37,150 bases of DNA from contig CAZCYO010000005.1 in assembly GCA_964503265.1 (NCBI GenBank), forward strand, positions 1 through 37,150. Direction: 5' to 3'. The DNA is from an uncultured Gammaproteobacteria bacterium. Its GTDB lineage: Bacteria > Patescibacteriota > Microgenomatia > Levybacterales > UBA12049. The notes under the pieces were generated by a model. It was given only the letters and a program-made list of their open reading frames with translations. It was not told the DNA's origin and did not search any database. The translations under genes and the position numbers were made by a program. This document shows positions 36,398-37,150 of the stretch, piece by piece (the first letter of the stretch is position 1; each line of letters opens with the position of its first letter).

Positions 36398-36850
36398 TCA
36401 GCTGGTGACGAACCACTCCATCTGGAGCTTATCGACACCGGCGATAGTGTTGAACTCGCGCCTGCGAACGATGACCCCCATTGGGGTCGGCCGGAGGATC
36501 GGAAGGCTATCAGGCAGCGATGACATCGCTTTCGCCCGAGCCCGGGTGATCAACATGTCGGCGGATTCCTCCCCCTCCCGGGTGAAGTCGTCCATGACGT
36601 GAAGCTGTGCCACGGGAAACCCGTGACGCGCTTCATTGCCAACGACCAATTCCGCTCCAGCCAGCCGGAGGGCTGGCAGAAGCAGCAGGTGCTTCGGGTT
36701 GTCCGTGGGGTAAGCCACGAGCCAGAGTTCCATGGAACGAGTCGTCCGCACATTATGTGCGGGCTGCACCCGAAATCCATCGAGTTGCTGGTCAGCGACC
36801 TCCTCGACTTCACACGAGCTGATAACACGGCTCGAATGATGGCCAAGCAT
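36398..36850 (-). CDS. Hypothetical protein (accessory)
   Basis: AAGGAGG 7 nt before the ATG selects this frame over the overlapping ORFs. Confidence 0.65.
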   Translation of the reverse strand: MLGHHSSRVISSCEVEEVADQQLDGFRVQPAHNVRTTRSMELWLVAYPTDNPKHLLLLPALRLAGAELVVGNEARHGFPVAQLHVMDDFTREGEESADMLITRARAKAMSSLPDSLPILRPTPMGVIVRRREFNTIAGVDKLQMEWFVTS

Positions 36851-37150
36851 GGTCCTACCTCCTTTTCCTGCTCGACTGCTGTCGGTATCCTCGGCACAAT
36901 CGCCTTTGGAATCGCAGCTTCTATCGACAGGAACATGAAAAGTAGAAATTTTCTACACTTCATGCTCCTGCCGAATATAATCGATCAGGAGTTGAATCTA
37001 GTCTTGCCCTCTATCAAGTAGTACATTATCTCGTCGAACTCGAAAGTCCGGTAGAGTCAGTAGTCCTTTTCTAGAGTAGATTATTATTCGATCGATACAG
37101 CGCAAACGCTCTATTTCTCTACTAAATAATCAATCGTTAATTACTTGCGT

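Noticed and set aside
36550-37021. Alternative ORFs 36550..36963 (-), 36599..37021 (+) and 36607..36822 (+), or a frameshifted longer gene
   Set aside because: The AAGGAGG SD with correct spacing supports 36850..36398; the others lack usable start signals

Overview
A mostly minus-strand chromosomal segment, probably from a Patescibacteria/CPR bacterium (Microgenomates-like). This assignment is an inference from the gene mix: archaeal-type UMP kinase, ATP-dependent DNA ligase, stand-alone 5'-3' exonuclease, DUF5654 and many -10-only leaderless starts. Housekeeping content: a Zur/ZIP/YibE-F metal locus, pth, recF, pyrH, ftsH, trpS, tgt, murD, murI, two CAU tRNAs and many DNA-repair genes (ATL, EndoQ-like, ligase, MutM, MutY, exonuclease). 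The most interesting signals lie outside the ORF track. (1) A transcriptional T-box leader with an ultra-short Stem I and a Trp (UGG) specifier precedes an unknown aaRS-like ORF, an Asp/Glu racemase and trpS. (2) Short 'ghost-start' uORFs copy the first about 7 codons of mutM and trpS with synonymous changes, then run through a shared palindromic element. (3) A DsbA-like gene is circularly permuted. (4) A 15-aa leader peptide with attenuator geometry precedes three small membrane ORFs. (5) A non-canonical initiator-like tRNA has its own promoter and terminator. (6) Long rod hairpins and a possible kissing-loop sRNA lie in the tRNA-adjacent accessory region. (7) Several repeat families (7-mers, 9-mers, GTCAT palindromes) are inserted in frame in core genes. 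All calls come from motif recognition and hand pairing; no searches or folding programs were run.
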